This document shows, one piece after another, positions 43,214 to 52,905 of a stretch of DNA of 64,000 bases. Under the pieces are notes generated by a model that worked only from the letters and a program-made list of their open reading frames with translations, had not been told where the DNA came from and made no database searches. The stretch is from an uncultured delta proteobacterium. GTDB lineage: Bacteria > Myxococcota_A > Polyangia > Polyangiales > Polyangiaceae. Every line of letters starts with the position of its first letter. The first letter of the stretch is position 1. Location of the stretch: NCBI GenBank assembly GCA_963841435.1, contig CAWJCS010000003.1, positions 672,001 to 736,000 of the forward strand. The letters run 5' to 3'. A program made the position numbers and the translations under genes.

Positions 43214-44125
43214 ATGAAACGTTGGCTCAAGCGAATCGGTATCGGGCTCGCCGCCCTCGTCGGGCTCGTGGTCGTGGTGGGCGGTATCTACGTCTGGCGG
43301 CAAGTCGCGGCGTACGACGCAAGCATCGAGAAGGTTTACCCGATCGCGCCCCTCGACAAGTTCGTTCGCTCGAGCGATCCGGCGGTCATCGAACGCGGCA
43401 AGCATCTTGCGTTCTCTTTCGTGGGCTGCGCGCTCAACGACTGCCACAGCCCCGATCTCGGTGGCGGGAAAGTCACCGACGGCGGCCCGATCGGCCAGAT
43501 GGTGGCGCCCAACATCACGCAAATCCTTCCGGCGTACTCCGATGGAGAGCTTGCCCGCCTCATCCGCCACGGCATCAAGAAGGATCAGCGGACGGTCCAA
43601 TTCATGAGCGTCGAGGAGTTCAACTGGATCTCCGACGCCGATGTCCTCGCGGTTCTCTCGTTCGTCCGCAGCGTGCCGCGCGTCGTGCGCACGACGGGCT
43701 CGACGCACATCAACTGGCTCGGCAAGGTCCTCGACCGCCGCGGCGACATTCCCATCGACGTCGCACGAAGGATCAATCACGATGCGATCGAGACCGGGCC
43801 TGCGCCTTCCCCGACCCCCGAGTACGGCAAATGGATCGCGCGCGGTTGCACGGGCTGCCACGGCGAGCACATGAGCGGTGGGCCGATCCCGGGCGCGCCG
43901 CCGGATTTTCCGGTGCCGCTCAACATCACACCCCATGAATCCGGCCTGAAGGGCTGGACGCAGCAGGACTTCGAGCAGGTGTTGGCCACCGGCATTCGCA
44001 AGAACGGCAAGAAGCTTGCCGACTTCATGCCCCGCGAAGGCATCAACAACATGGATGCCATGGAGAAGAAGGCGATCTTCTCGTACCTCCAGGGACTCCC
44101 CCCGAGGCCCTTCGGCGAGCGCTGA
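43214..44125 (+). CDS. Membrane-anchored diheme cytochrome c
   Basis: N-terminal TM; heme motifs CALNDCH (CX4CH) and CTGCH; APNIT / PLNITP; distal Met in MS / MP. Confidence 0.9.
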   Translation: MKRWLKRIGIGLAALVGLVVVVGGIYVWRQVAAYDASIEKVYPIAPLDKFVRSSDPAVIERGKHLAFSFVGCALNDCHSPDLGGGKVTDGGPIGQMVAPNITQILPAYSDGELARLIRHGIKKDQRTVQFMSVEEFNWISDADVLAVLSFVRSVPRVVRTTGSTHINWLGKVLDRRGDIPIDVARRINHDAIETGPAPSPTPEYGKWIARGCTGCHGEHMSGGPIPGAPPDFPVPLNITPHESGLKGWTQQDFEQVLATGIRKNGKKLADFMPREGINNMDAMEKKAIFSYLQGLPPRPFGER

Positions 44126-44148
44126 CGCGCGACTCAGCGCGACTCGGC

Positions 44149-46359
44149 TCAGCGCGGCGGTTCCAGCACGCGGCAGCCCGCACAGCTGGAGCCGCCAATC
44201 GGGCCAACGTCGCACTGCTCGGGCTCTTGGACGATACCGTCACCGCAGTAGGGTCCGAGCTTGCACCCGGCGTCGCATTCGCCGTACCCGCCGTCGTTGA
44301 CGCCGTCGTCGCACTCTTCGCCGAAGCTCAGGATGCCGTCGCCGCAAACCGGCGTGCAGTCGCTCGGCGTCGTTTCGAACCCGGAAAGCGTCAGGCGGAA
44401 CGAGGACCCGAACTTCTTGCGCTCGGCCTGGAACACCACGATCTTGTAAACGTTGCCCGGCGTGAGCTCGAACCGCCCGGCCGACTGAGCGTCGATGGTG
44501 ACCGAGCCATCCATCGGCACGTGGATGCCGCCGAGGTCGACCGCGAGGTGGCCGTTGACGAACACCCAAACGTCGTCGTCGCCCGTGAAGTCGAGGCGCG
44601 CGTTGGTGCCCTGCTCGTAGCGGAACCAGTACTGCACTTCGCTCGTGAAGTAGAAGTTGTGCTGCATGGCACCCGGAAAGACGGACTCCTCCGAGGGCCA
44701 ACCCGTGTAGCCGTACTGCAGGGGAAGCTGGGCGTAGTCAGGGTCCCGCGTCGGCCCCATCACGCTGTCAACGGGGAAGAACAGGGGGGTGCCGTCGTAC
44801 TCCACCACCATGCCGCCCGTGCACCACTGAGTCGGGTTGTAGCTGCAGGGCTTGCAGTCGGCGACGCACGCGGCGACCTGGCCGTCGAAGTTCGTCTGGC
44901 AGTCGGTGTCGCAGGTGTCCGCCGTGGCGGTGAGGGTCGCGATTTCGGCTTCCAGACCGGCGATCTCCGTTTCCAAGTCGGCGATCTGCGTTTCGAGCTG
45001 TGCAATCGCTGCGGCGTCCGGATTCGTGTCGGCTTGGCGTTGCGCTAGCTGATCATTGAGCTGCTGCAGCTGGTCTTGTCGCTGACGCAGCGTGTCTCCG
45101 CGAGAACGGACCTGGTCGTGGTCGGGTCGGCAAACGTTGTCGCACTGGAGCGAGCTTTGCACGCGCTGTGCACAGCCGGGCTCGCACGTCGCCTGACTGG
45201 TCGCGTTCGGAACCTGCTGCTCCTGCTGGCCCTGACCCCTCGGCGGCGCCACGGTGACGACGAGCTTCTCGCCGTTCGCGCCGAAACGGTTCACGTAGCC
45301 GCCGGCGCCATTGTCGTAAAGCACGAGGTCGCCGACGACGCGGACCGTTCCGGGGTTGTCGCGGAACCAACGCGCGAAGGTCTGAGCGGACTCGATGCAC
45401 GCGTTCGCGGGGGCCTTGCCGAGCACCGGCCGCCCCTCGGCATCGAGCCTGTCTTGTGCGATGCCGGGGACGATGGGGTCACCCTCGGGGATGCCGCACG
45501 TCGTGTCGGGATAGACGGGCCAGCCGAAATCGGGGTCGTCATCCGAGAAGTCACGGAAGACCGCCGGCACGCGGAGCACGCACTCGCCGTTGACCTTCTC
45601 GCACAGCGCCTGCTGATCGCAGGTGAACCCCGGCTCTTTCGTGCACGTCGAGGAGCAGCCGTCGCCGTCGATCGTGTTGCCGTCGTCGCATTCCTCGTTG
45701 ATGAGCAGGCCGTCACCGCACTCGGACGTGCACGATTCCCCCGAACAGTTCGGCTCACGCAGACAGAGCGAGGAGCAGCCGTCGAACGGCACCTTGTTGC
45801 CGTCATCGCAACTCTCGGCACCCTCGACGATGCCGTTGCCGCATTCGGCGTCGGTGCACACGCTCGGCTGCCCTTCGCACTTCTTGCCGATCTCGATCTT
45901 GCAGCGCTCCGAGCAACCGTCGCCCGGCTCCACGTTGCCATCGTCACACGCCTCGCTGGCAGCAACGACGCCGTCGCCACAGCGCGCGATCTCCCGGCAG
46001 AGCTCGCCGGGCTTGACGCAGCTGTAACCCGGCTCGACTTGCAGGCAGTTCGCCTGGCAGCCGTCGCCGGAGTCGGTGTTGCCGTCGTCGCACGCCTCGT
46101 CCGAGGTCAGGTTGCCGTCGCCGCAGCCTGGAGGCGTCGACTGCTCCGTGGGGTCGACGCTGATACCGGTTCCAGCAGTGCCGCCAGAGCCGATGCTCGG
46201 ACCCCCGCCGCCCGTGCCCGTGTTCCCGGAACCGGGAGTGCCGTTGGTAAAGTCCGTGGTTCCGCCACCGCCGTCAGCGCTGCAGGCGCCGACGAGCAGG
46301 CCGAAGACCAGCCACGACGCGAGGGGAGAGAAAGCACGATTTGAGGTGCGCATGTCCAT
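44149..46359 (-). CDS. Fibro-slime (PA14-like) lipoprotein with Myxococcus Cys-rich repeats
   Basis: Lipobox VGAC; repeated CGDG..EACDDGN..GDGC; HNFYFTSE, FTGDDDVWVFVNGHLAVDLGGIH, FQAER. Confidence 0.92.
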   Translation of the reverse strand: MDMRTSNRAFSPLASWLVFGLLVGACSADGGGGTTDFTNGTPGSGNTGTGGGGPSIGSGGTAGTGISVDPTEQSTPPGCGDGNLTSDEACDDGNTDSGDGCQANCLQVEPGYSCVKPGELCREIARCGDGVVAASEACDDGNVEPGDGCSERCKIEIGKKCEGQPSVCTDAECGNGIVEGAESCDDGNKVPFDGCSSLCLREPNCSGESCTSECGDGLLINEECDDGNTIDGDGCSSTCTKEPGFTCDQQALCEKVNGECVLRVPAVFRDFSDDDPDFGWPVYPDTTCGIPEGDPIVPGIAQDRLDAEGRPVLGKAPANACIESAQTFARWFRDNPGTVRVVGDLVLYDNGAGGYVNRFGANGEKLVVTVAPPRGQGQQEQQVPNATSQATCEPGCAQRVQSSLQCDNVCRPDHDQVRSRGDTLRQRQDQLQQLNDQLAQRQADTNPDAAAIAQLETQIADLETEIAGLEAEIATLTATADTCDTDCQTNFDGQVAACVADCKPCSYNPTQWCTGGMVVEYDGTPLFFPVDSVMGPTRDPDYAQLPLQYGYTGWPSEESVFPGAMQHNFYFTSEVQYWFRYEQGTNARLDFTGDDDVWVFVNGHLAVDLGGIHVPMDGSVTIDAQSAGRFELTPGNVYKIVVFQAERKKFGSSFRLTLSGFETTPSDCTPVCGDGILSFGEECDDGVNDGGYGECDAGCKLGPYCGDGIVQEPEQCDVGPIGGSSCAGCRVLEPPR

Positions 46360-46624
46360 CCTCCGACGTTCCGCCTCAGTCCTGACACAGCGACACTCGG
46401 AAGGCCATGGGCCTCGGGGCCTATTTGCGTCAAACCCGTTTCATTTCGCTTCCAAATCTTCGTCCGCGGCGGACGGCCCGTCACGGCCGTCCGCACGAAG
46501 TCGTGCAGGCTCGGGGCGAGGCCGCGCTGCGCGCTCTGCGACGAGCCAGCTCGACGGCCGCGAGCTCGGCGAAACCTCGCCCTCGACGCGGAGGCCCGTC
46601 GCGCCGAGAAAAGAAGTAGCGTCC

Positions 46625-48290
46625 CTACTCGTCGCTCTCGAAGGGCCCGAGGTCGGGCGCCGCACCGTTGTACGGCAGGCCGACGTCGACCCCGGCGTTG
46701 CGGAGCGGGCTGTCGGCCGCGAGGCGGAGGTAGTCGATGTCGGGGAGGCTGCCGTCGGCCTTGCGGGGCCCTTTCAGCAACGTGTGGTCGATGCTGACGA
46801 AATCCTTTGCGCTCGCGCTCCTGCCATCTTGCCAGCTGTTGTTCGTGATGTCGGTCGCGGTGGCGGACTGTTCCCCTCGGGTCCCAATCGAGATGGAGTT
46901 CTTGACGGTCAACGAGGCCGCAATGTTCGTGGTGCCGAAGTTGATGTTGGCGCCGTTGTCCTGGGCTGCGCAGTTCAAAATAGTGATGCTGCCGCGATTG
47001 CTGTTGTGGTCGAAGCCGTCGTGCACGTTGCCCGCGGCGATGCACTGCTCGTAGACGGCATTGTGGCGGAGGTTCTTGCCGTCGCTGCCTCCCGTCTTGA
47101 ACCCGTTCCCGTCGCCAGCGCCCACTCTGCCGTCTTTCAACTTGCCGTTGTCGATGGCCCAACATCGTTCATAGGTCGTCGTGACGTTGTCGGCGGGGCG
47201 GAGGTAGCCGTCCCAGCCGTCGTCCAGGTTGTTCCAGGCGCGACACCCGACGAACTTGTTCCCCGTGCCCACGTCGAGCTTCGCCGCAAAGCCATCGGCA
47301 TTTTCCAGCGTGGAATCTGCGTTGAAGTAGGAATCACAGTTGAGCATCAAGTTGTCGGAGGCGCCGTTCCCGAGCTGGAGCCCGGTGTCCGCGCACTCCG
47401 AAAACGTCGAAAACTCGATGGTGTTGTGCGAGCCACCGATGAACATGCAATTGTCGCCCGCCGCAAAGACATCGAGCCCGTAGACGTGCCAGTAGTCCCC
47501 GGACAGGCTCAGCCCGCGATTGCCGGAGCTCTCCGCCATGGAGGAGAAGTCGAGCAGCGGGCGCGTGTCGTCGAGCGGATACGCCCGAAGCTCGATCGGC
47601 GCGGCTTGGCCGCCATCCTTGCCGAGATTGAGCGTGCTCCCGAAGGGGTACCGACCTCCTCGCACGTAGAATCGTGCCTCCCATGCTCACCCGGGTCAGC
47701 GCGTCGGGCAGCGTCGTCGGTTGTTCCAGCGTGGCCGGGGCCCCCACCTTGCCGTCCGGAGCGGCGTAGAGCGCATCCGGGTCGATCTCGACCATGGTGG
47801 TCCCGCCAGTTCCGCTCGTACCGGCAGCGCTCGCACCTGCAGCGTTCCCGGATCCGGCCGTTCCCGAGCTTCCGCCCCCCGAGCTTTCGCCGCTGCCGCC
47901 AGCAACGGTTCCCCCAGCCGCGCTCGTGGACCCCGCCATGCCCGCGGCTCCAGCGAACGAGCTTTTCCCACCCGCGCTCGGTCCACCGGCCGCCGAGCCG
48001 CCGCCGTCCCCCGCCGCGCCGCCGGAGCTCGCACCGCCGCCGAGGGTTCCCCCCGAACCGTTGCCGCCCGCACCGCCGGTTGCACCCGCCCCGAGCGCGC
48101 CGGCTCCGGCGTTCCCGGCAGCATTCGAGCCTCGTGGCGCCCCGGCGTTCGTTGACCCATCACCACAACCCGTCAGAGCGGCGCCGATGGCCAAGCTACC
48201 CCCGAGCAAGAGAGCACCGCACCTGCTCGTTCGGCACGGATGGCTTGGCGTCACACCAGGACAGTTTCTCTCAGCCAAGATGTCGGTCAT
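46625..48290 (-). CDS. PL9 pectate lyase-like lipoprotein (frameshift near 47670)
   Basis: Lipobox LTGC, Gly linker, ENADGFAAK, RAWNNLDDGWDG, GDGNGFKTGG, GPRKADGSLP. Confidence 0.9.
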
Positions 48291-48360
48291 CTAAATGCCG
48301 CGGTCGCGCTGCTGACCCTCGACGCATTGAAAATGTACCGCCCGCACGGATTGGCCCGAC

Positions 48361-48560
48361 GTGCTCCGCGCGTACGTTCGGTCGTGGGAAGAGCACGACG
48401 TCGAGTCGCTGGTCGCCCTTCTGCGCGACGACAGTCGTGTTCGCGATGCCGCCGCACGTGACGTGGTTTCACGGCGCCCCCGCCGTCGAGCGTTTTCTCC
48501 GGAGCCCGCGCTTCTCGACGCACTGGGCAGCCGGCTACCGTCCCACATCGCGCTCACCTA
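48361..48560 (+). pseudogene. C-terminal SnoaL-like domain remnant of a SigG-type ECF sigma factor
   Basis: LRAYVRSWEEHDVESLVALLRDD/VVFAMPPHVTWFHGAPAVERFL; no sigma core upstream. Confidence 0.65.
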
Positions 48561-48620
48561 GGCGCTTCGGTTGCGTGGGGGTGCTTGGCTGACGTGGGCC
48601 CAGGAAGCGGCTATCCGGTC

Positions 48621-48854
48621 GTGGAAAAGGTGCTGACCTTCACGACTCACGCGGCCGCTGCCGCAGACGAGGCGCGCTACTGGCGCTCGGTCAGTATCGA
48701 GGAGCGGGTTTCGCCGGTCGAGCTGCTGCGAGAATCGACGTTGGGAGTTTACGGTCAGACTACCCCCCGACTGGAACGAGTTCATCGCCTTGTTGTTCGC
48801 CCACCACGTTCGCTTTCTGATCGTGGGCGCGCACGCTCTGGCGGCGAACGGTAG
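48621..48854 (+). CDS. Small hypothetical protein of the type paired with nucleotidyltransferases
   Basis: DEARYWRSVSIEERV...LRE...PRLERVHR pattern; overlaps the NTase gene. Confidence 0.55.
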   Translation: MEKVLTFTTHAAAAADEARYWRSVSIEERVSPVELLRESTLGVYGQTTPRLERVHRLVVRPPRSLSDRGRARSGGER

Positions 48855-49146
48855 GCCGCGCGCAACACAGGACCTGCACATTTGGGTCGAGCCGACCTCC
48901 GAGAACGCCCAGCCCAACCGGATGGCGACGCTCGGGCGCCCACCTCTCCGGATCAACGTCATGACCAGCATCGACGGCGTCGCGTTTGCCGATGGCTGGG
49001 CCGAGCGGCTCGAGGCGCCCTTCGGCGCTCAGACCGTTGGATTTCTAGGTCGCCGGCTGCTGATCGAGAACAAGCTCTGCACGGGCAGGACGAAGGACCG
49101 CTTGGACGTCGAGCTCCTGCGCGAAGGGGACGACGCGGGACAATGA
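48751..49146 (+). pseudogene. Degenerate nucleotidyltransferase (DUF6036-like)
   Basis: FLIVGAHALAANGRPRATQDLHIW, NK..GRTKDRLD; start reads ACG after GGGAG; DxD changed to DLH; apparent internal deletion. Confidence 0.7.
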
Positions 49147-49174
49147 CGGGGGCGCCCTCGGGCTCTTTGGCTCG

Positions 49175-50149
49175 TCAGGCCATCGATGCGTTGATGCCCG
49201 CTTCGGTGGAGTCGACGGACGCCGTCGTGAGGTCGAGCGCCGTATCGCCCGTCGGCGGGTCCCACGCCGCACGCCCGATCTGGCGGGTGCGAAAGCGGCT
49301 CGAAAACACACCGAGCAGGTACGTCTTGAGGCAAAACCACAAGATCGACTCCTGCTTCAGCTCGGGATGGATGTGCGGGGCGAGCTTTTCGTGGAGCTCC
49401 CACAGCTTGCTCCAGTGCAGACCCGCCTGTTCGTGGTGGGCTGCATGCAAGCCCGCGTTGAAGACCAACCAGTTGCTGCGCTTGCCCACGAAATTACGCG
49501 AGTGGTCGTACTTCGACCACGGGTCGCAATCGACGTGCTGGATGTAGTTGATGAAGAACATCGACCACAGCGAGAACGCGGACGGTAGGAGGAACGCGAG
49601 CCCGTACGCGACCAGGCCGAGCTTCCAGCCGTGGAGCCAAACGGCGAGCGCCGCCATGCCCACGTGACCGGTGAGCACGAAGGCGTACTGGAGCAGGATG
49701 CCCCGGAACAAGGTCGGGTTGTTGGCCTTTGCCTTGCGGACGTATTCGACGAGCGTACCGTTCTGAAAGTAGCTGGAGACGAAGAAGTAGGTCCAAGCGA
49801 CGGTCCAGTTGTTCTTCTTCGAGTAGCGCCAGGTGATCGATGCGTCCCCGGCGCGATTGACGAACTTGTGGTGGTTCTGATTGTGCGAGGGGATCCACCC
49901 GAACGTCGGATAGCCGTAGAAGATCGAGAGCCACGCCGCGTAGAGCGTGTTGGCGCGCTTGCTCTTGAAGGTGGGGCAGTGGTTCTGGTTGTGGGTCAAA
50001 ACGCCGGCGCTGAAGCCGAAGTACAGGCTGATCGGCAGCATCCACCCCAAAAGCTCCGGATGGGCGTACTGGATCAACGGGACCGCTGGAAACAGCACGA
50101 ACGTGTAGAAGAGCGTTCGAGCGTCGGCGTCGAAACGAAGACCCAGCAT
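49175..50149 (-). CDS. Fatty acid desaturase family protein
   Basis: His boxes HNQNH, HNQNHH and FNAGLHAAHH; NYIQH; TM helices. Confidence 0.92.
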   Translation of the reverse strand: MLGLRFDADARTLFYTFVLFPAVPLIQYAHPELLGWMLPISLYFGFSAGVLTHNQNHCPTFKSKRANTLYAAWLSIFYGYPTFGWIPSHNQNHHKFVNRAGDASITWRYSKKNNWTVAWTYFFVSSYFQNGTLVEYVRKAKANNPTLFRGILLQYAFVLTGHVGMAALAVWLHGWKLGLVAYGLAFLLPSAFSLWSMFFINYIQHVDCDPWSKYDHSRNFVGKRSNWLVFNAGLHAAHHEQAGLHWSKLWELHEKLAPHIHPELKQESILWFCLKTYLLGVFSSRFRTRQIGRAAWDPPTGDTALDLTTASVDSTEAGINASMA

Positions 50150-50425
50150 CCCGCGGAACGTATGAGAGGGGAGCCGTCCGGTCAAACGTTCCGGGGCCGT
50201 TTTCGAGTGCAGTGCCGGCACCCAGCGGGCGTTACCCGTCGCTTTTGCGGGGGAGCGCGCGCAGAGGCTCGGAAAGGCGCACGAATTTCGCCGAGGCTGA
50301 CGCAGCTCCGCCGCTCAGGAGCGCAGCATCTGCGCGGGTTTTCGGGCGAGACCGGAACGAACCCGCAGCCCTTCCCAGAAGGCCCCGGGCGCCTCGCGTA
50401 TGCTCTCCCCTCGCCGGAGCTCGCC

Positions 50426-51937
50426 ATGCGCACGAAGAAACTCCCACGATACCTCGGACTCCTCACGCTGGTCTTCGCCTCCAACTGCGAGCGGACGGCC
50501 GCAGCCGGGCTCGCGCCAGCCTTCGCTCAAACTCTGGTCGAGGACCAAGCCTACGTGGGGGACGCGAGCAACGCGACGGACATCGCTTTCCACCCCGACG
50601 GGCGCGCCGTCATCACCCAGAAGACGGGACAGATCACCATCCGGCACGACAACGGTGATCTCGTCGAGATCACCGGCACCTTCCCGAACCTCGATACCTC
50701 CTCCGAGAAGGGCTTACTCGGCGTCGTCGCGGACCCGGACGTCGGGACGAACGACACCTTCTATTTCTACGCCTCGAACGGGCCGACCGAGGACCGGCAC
50801 CGCGTCTACAAGGGCGTGCTCAACGACGACGACACCGTCACGGTAGACCTCGATAACCCCATCGTCGGGGCGTCGCGAAACGTCGGCCCGGGTCTCGAAG
50901 GGCCGGCGAACCACGACGGCGGGGGCCTTTTCATCCACGAAGGCAAGCTCTACGTCGGAGTGGGCGACACCGGCGCGAACTCCGAGCCGCCCACCAACAA
51001 GTATTCGAGCTGCCTGAACAAGGGCAACGGCAAGATCCTGCGCGTGAACCTCGACGGGTCGGTGCCGACCGACAACCCGCTCGTGTCCGAGACGACGGTG
51101 ACCTCGTGCACGAGCACTGGCTCCGACTGGGGTACGGACGCGCCGGACCGTCGAATCTTCGCCTGGGGGCTCAGAAATCCCTGGCGGTTCTGGGTCGATC
51201 CGATGACCGCTCTCTTGTGGATTGGCGACGTGGGCGAGACGGAGCGCGAGGAGATCTCGGTCGGCGGCTCCGGCCAGCACTTCGGCTACCCCTTCATCGA
51301 GGGGAACCTCGACCAGAGCATGGCGGGCGGATCGCTTCGGCTCGACAAGACCTGCGACCAGAGCTTCCTGCCGCCACGTCCCTGCACGGCGCCGGTCCAC
51401 GACTACCCGCACAGCACCGGCAAGAGCGTGACGGGCGGCCTGATCCCGACGGGCTGCGGCTGGTCGAACGCGTTCGGCGGCAAGATCTACTACGTGTTCG
51501 GCGACTACGACTCGAATTGGCTCCATGCGCTCGAGGTGCGCGCCGACCACACGGGCGTCGTCTCCTCCGCCTCCGTCGACTTCGCGACCGTTTCCGGAGG
51601 CCCCGCATCGATTCGCCAGGGCCTCGACGGCGCTCTCTACGTCGTGTTCTACGGGAGCGGAACCGTCACGCGCATCGCCCCAAACGCCATGACCGGAGCT
51701 GACTGCGGCAGCGCGGGCTCGGGCGGCGGCGCAGGCTCGGGCGGCGGCGCAGGCTCGGGCGGCGGCGTTGCCGCGGGCGGCAGCGCGGGCTCGGGTGGCG
51801 CGACGGCTGCGGGAGGGGCCGATAGCTCTTCGGGGTGCAGTTGCCGCACCGCGCGCGACGGCGGCGCGGGAGCGCTCGTCGCGGTGCTCGGGCTCGGCGC
51901 CCTTGCGCTCGGTCGCGCGAGGCGGAGGAAAGGGTAG
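50426..51937 (+). CDS. PQQ-dependent sugar dehydrogenase (GSDH/YliI-like) with MYXO-CTERM-like tail
   Basis: EKGLLG, NHDGG, GKILRVNLDGSVPTDNP, GLRNPWR, GDVG; SGCSC + TM + RRRK. Confidence 0.92.
   Translation: MRTKKLPRYLGLLTLVFASNCERTAAAGLAPAFAQTLVEDQAYVGDASNATDIAFHPDGRAVITQKTGQITIRHDNGDLVEITGTFPNLDTSSEKGLLGVVADPDVGTNDTFYFYASNGPTEDRHRVYKGVLNDDDTVTVDLDNPIVGASRNVGPGLEGPANHDGGGLFIHEGKLYVGVGDTGANSEPPTNKYSSCLNKGNGKILRVNLDGSVPTDNPLVSETTVTSCTSTGSDWGTDAPDRRIFAWGLRNPWRFWVDPMTALLWIGDVGETEREEISVGGSGQHFGYPFIEGNLDQSMAGGSLRLDKTCDQSFLPPRPCTAPVHDYPHSTGKSVTGGLIPTGCGWSNAFGGKIYYVFGDYDSNWLHALEVRADHTGVVSSASVDFATVSGGPASIRQGLDGALYVVFYGSGTVTRIAPNAMTGADCGSAGSGGGAGSGGGAGSGGGVAAGGSAGSGGATAAGGADSSSGCSCRTARDGGAGALVAVLGLGALALGRARRRKG
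51716..51767 (+). repeat. 18-bp tandem repeat (about 3 copies) encoding GSGGGA
   Basis: GGCTCGGGCGGCGGCGCA x2 plus a 16-bp partial copy. Confidence 0.85.
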
Positions 51938-52027
51938 CGCGGAGGGACCGTCGGCGCGCATGCCGTCGGTGTTTGCGGCCGACCGCGCGCGACCAAGGGC
52001 CTCGACGTGTAGTAGTTTCCCTGCACG

Positions 52028-52867
52028 ATGAGCGTGGAGGTGGCGGCTTCCAGGGCGGCGTGGCGTTCCGTGGCGAGCCGCCTCCTCGTGGCTTGCGGCT
52101 TCGGGTGCCTCACGATCGCGGCGTGCGGCGGCAGGTCGGAACGAACGGCGGAGAGGTCGTCGTCTGGGGCGGGGGGCGCGAGCTCAGCCGGCCGCGCTGG
52201 CAGCAACGGAGCCGCGGGCATCGCTACGGGTTGCCCCCTACACGACGGTTGGGAGAACGATCCCTGCGCCGGCTCGTTCGTCTGCACGGAGCCGGCCGGC
52301 TGCAGTGAGTGCGGCTGCTGCATGTACTCGGCCGGCTGCGTTGACGGAACGCTCCAGTTTCTCGGTGTGACGGACGGTTGCCAATGTCCCGACGCCGGAG
52401 GCGGCGGAGCCTCCAACGCGGGCGGAACCGGCGGCGTTGCGGGCGCGAGCGGCAGCGCCGGCACCAGCGCCGCGGTGCCCGATCTCGACGCCTGCGGTGC
52501 CCCGATGCCGTGCGACCCTGTCGTCGAGTCGGTCGGCTTGGCCTTGGTGCCACCGAGCGATCGAGCGCTCCGCTGCGTCATCCAGGGGTTTCATGACCGA
52601 ACACCCGGCGTGTACGTCCACGACGTCACGATTTACTCGGAGACCGCGTCGCAAAAGCACGTCACTTACCTCATCAAAGGGGACGGCAGTATCGCTAGCG
52701 TGACGACGCGGAGTTCGACCGAGTATTCGGAAGTCTGCCTTCCGCGACCACCTGCCGATTTCGACGACTGCCTCGCGAGCACCCCCAGTGACGCCGAGGC
52801 CACGGCCGAGTGCATGGGCCTCGAATGGACCGGCGATTGCACGCGGGCGCCCGTTTCGTGCGAGTGA
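52028..52867 (+). CDS. Cys-rich lipoprotein, hypothetical
   Basis: Lipobox IAAC; two Cys-rich domains separated by Gly linkers. Confidence 0.75.
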   Translation: MSVEVAASRAAWRSVASRLLVACGFGCLTIAACGGRSERTAERSSSGAGGASSAGRAGSNGAAGIATGCPLHDGWENDPCAGSFVCTEPAGCSECGCCMYSAGCVDGTLQFLGVTDGCQCPDAGGGGASNAGGTGGVAGASGSAGTSAAVPDLDACGAPMPCDPVVESVGLALVPPSDRALRCVIQGFHDRTPGVYVHDVTIYSETASQKHVTYLIKGDGSIASVTTRSSTEYSEVCLPRPPADFDDCLASTPSDAEATAECMGLEWTGDCTRAPVSCE

Positions 52868-52905
52868 GCCCGAGGACCGCGCGTCATGACGCAGAGTCAC
52901 CCGCC

